A stretch of 63,316 nucleotides of DNA, filler included, from Octopus bimaculoides (taxonomy: Eukaryota): assembly GCF_001194135.2 (NCBI RefSeq). It is 3 parts of 2 records of this genome, joined end to end, with 100 filler letters (N's around TTAATTAATTAA, not from the genome) between each part and the next. Parts side by side here need not be neighbours in the genome. Positions count along the whole stretch, not along the records: positions 57,641 to 63,316 come from NC_068987.1; 2 more parts are not named here. The stretch is one strand, 5' to 3'. Below, in pieces: positions 60,505-63,316 of the stretch. Both the position numbers and the translations under genes were made by a program. The notes under the pieces were generated by a model. The model was not told the DNA's origin. It did not search any database and saw nothing but the letters and a program-made list of their open reading frames with translations. How positions within the stretch are numbered: position 1 is the stretch's first letter; each line of letters begins with the position of its first letter.

Positions 60505-61988
60505 ATGTGTGTGTTATATATGCATGTACACATATATGTACATACATATACATATATGTATATGTATACATATGTATGTGGATGTATATATATGCGTGTC
60601 TGTGTGTGCGTGCTTGTGTGTGTGTGTATGTGTGAAAAAGGAATATTTGTAACGTTTTATAAATATTCACTGAACTACTTATGGATTAGATTTGGAGGGC
60701 ATGAGTCTAATGGTTTTTTTTCTCTCTTGAAAAACTCCACAATTCTCACGTTTTCGAAGAGATTTATTATTCTATAACTTAGAGCTCCAATGATATTTAA
60801 TACAAGTGGAAGTCTAGTGCTACGATACAAGAGGTGTAAGTCCCGCATTAATTTACCATAAATGATTTCCTTTCCCACAATTTTAGAAGCGACATTCATT
60901 TCAGTTGGATGGTTACCCTCTGTAAATGCATGGCGTTCGTTCCTAAGCATAGGGTATTATCAAGGTAGTTGAATTTGCACTGGATTGCTGCTTTTATTCA
61001 AATTTTGCATGAAGAGCCTTTAATTTGCTGTGTGTATATGCATTCTTAACCGCTTCTTTCCACCCCAAAAAACAACAAAATCGTTGCAGACTAATATCGT
61101 ATAATTGCCCGACTAACACTAATCTGAGGATTTAACAGCAACAACAATGTCCACAAAATTATAAAATTAAAATTCAAATCGAAATATAGATAGATAAAAA
61201 ATAACAACAAAGCTGCATAATTTCTTTGACGAGAAAGTTACATTATTCCATACGTGCAGCGTTGACTGAAGGTTTTGTTGTGCCGAAATCAAATATTCCT
61301 GGCAAAGCATAGCTTGTAGAGCAATGATTTAATGTTAAACACAAGACAAGAGGGTGGAGTCTCTTCATTATCTCTCTACTTGTGAAGCTAGCAGCGAAAT
61401 TCGCTGAAATCGTATTCTGGTGCAATAACAAAGATCATATGAGATAATATAATCCGTAGCCGTACATTTATTCCTGGCCTACCAACATGTCCAGTTTAAA
61501 AGCCCTACGTCAGTTAAATAGTAAGTTAGACTCACTTTTCCATTACTTTCTCGTAGAACGTCTGTATGTATNNNNNNNNNNNNNNNNNNNNNNNNNNNNN
61601 NNNNNNNNNNNNNNNNNNNNNNNNNNNNNNNNNNNNNNNNNNNNNNNNNNNNNNNNNNNNNNNNNNNNNNNNNNNNNNNNNNNNNNNNNNNNNNNNNNNN
61701 NNNNNNNNNNNNNNNNNNNNNNNNNNNNNNNNNNNNNNNNNNNNNNNNNNNNNNNNNNNNNNNNNNNNNNNNNNNNNNNNNNNNNNNNNNNNNNNNNNNN
61801 NNNNNNNNNNNNNNNNNNNNNNNNNNNNNNNNNNNNNNNNNNNNNNNNNNNNNNNNNNNNNNNNNNNNNNNNNNNNNNNNNNNNNNNNNNNNNNNNNNNN
61901 NNNNNNNNNNNNNNNNNNNNNNNNNNNNNNNNNNNNNNNNNNNNNNNNNNNNNNNNNNNNNNNNNNNNNNNNNNNNNNNNNNNNNNNN

Positions 61989-62928
61989 AAAGATGTGCAT
62001 GAGGAGATCAAGAAGTTAAAAAATTTCGGACAAGCGTGAAACACGAAGGAGTAGGACGCGCATCAACCTCTATTGACGCGAAGATTCAACAAGCTCGAGA
62101 GATGATTGTAGTGCACCGACGGGTGATCATCGATATGGTGGCATGTCCTCTGTAAATTTTTGTCACTATGTATGCGAAAACATCCACAAGATTCGCTTCC
62201 TTAAAGTCTGTAGAGCTAATGCTTACTCGCTCGCTACAACAATGCAGGCGAAGTTTCTTTTTTTTTTTTGGAAAGAATAGTCAAAGGAGATTAGACTTGG
62301 ATTCATCACTTGGAATCAGAATCTAAAAGACAAAGTATGGAGTGGAGAAACCTGGAATCGAAAGCGAAAAATAAATTCAAGATTCAATCTTCTGTAGAAA
62401 AAGTACTGCTATCCGTTTTTTAGGACGCAAAAGGGCTTATACAGGAAAATTAGACAGGGAACGGGATCCGCAGTAACAAGTGTTGGCTACAGTGAAATGC
62501 TGACCGAGAAACTAGAAATTTGCACCAAACACCGAGGTTTATCTTCTAAGCAAATGTTATTGTTTGCTCAACGATGGACGCCCACATACAACTGGTCATA
62601 CCATTGAAGCCATTAAAAAATTTGGTTTCGAGTTGCTGAAATACTTGTATACCCTCCATGTCACGACCCTTGCGACTTCCATCATTTGGACCGCTCAAAC
62701 ATACTTTAAGAGGTCATTGATTTGCTACGTACGTCGATGCGCAGGAAGAGGTGCATAAACCAGCCGAAAACCTTCACCGATGGAATAAGAAATAATGTTG
62801 ACCACTGGAAGAAGCGCATAGAAAAGCAAGAAGACTAATTCGAAAAAATTACGTAATTGTTCAATTCATGCTTTTCTTCTAATAAATTACAGAAAAAGAG
62901 TGAGTATAATCTTTGACTTACTCTCGTA
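61989..62928 (+). mobile_element. Decayed mariner transposon
   Basis: TWIHHLESESKRQSMEW, KVLLSVF, LNDGRPHT..TIEAIKKFGFELL. TIR-like end tttgacttactctcgta. Confidence 0.8.
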
Positions 62929-63207
62929 TATATGTATATATATATATACGTGTGTATGTGTGTACGCGCGCGCACATACACTCACCAGTAGAAAGAAAAC
63001 AAACAAAACAGGTGTTTGCGTATATGATTTACATGATGTAAGATAGACTTGATTACATCATGTAAATTGTGTCTGCATGTTTTCATATAAATACTTTCCT
63101 TACGCCTGTTTAAGATTTCGATCTTTCTGAGCACTACTTGTTAACTACCAATACGACTCTTAAACTAGCAGCATGCCATCCATTGTGCACACACACAAAC
63201 ACACATA

Positions 63208-63263
<56 letters not shown>

Positions 63264-63282
63264 ACGCACTCACACACACACA

Positions 63283-63316
<34 letters not shown>

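Noticed and set aside
60675-60950. 91-aa minus-strand ORF
   Set aside because: No recognisable motif or splice context; left unclassified.

Overview
AT-rich, gapped eukaryotic scaffold, dense in microsatellites and SINEs. The repeat families look like an octopod cephalopod (inference). Two host genes could be assembled by hand. (1) A complete NUDT9-like ADP-ribose pyrophosphatase on the minus strand: 7 coding exons, 1827-24437, 300 aa, intact Nudix box, plus two probable upstream exons. (2) Two exons of a plus-strand stanniocalcin-like protein (45852-46009, 47358-47584) whose cysteine spacing closely matches vertebrate STC. The rest is a transposon mosaic: mariner/Tc1 relics, a near full-length Chapaev3-type element, Helitron Rep/helicase remnants, RTE and R4/Dong-like non-LTR fragments, piggyBac and hAT MITEs, and three abundant tRNA-derived SINE families. 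The most unusual signal is a small non-coding element built as tRNA-like Pol III head + (AAT)n + tail carrying a type I hammerhead ribozyme with a palindromic (dimer-type) helix III. It occurs as head-to-head inverted pairs at about 32.0-33.0 kb and 48.9-49.8 kb, and one hammerhead copy is intact (49537-49582, minus). Several unrelated hammerhead-like repeats also occur. All calls are by eye; family assignments rest on remembered motifs, not database searches, and repeat boundaries are approximate.
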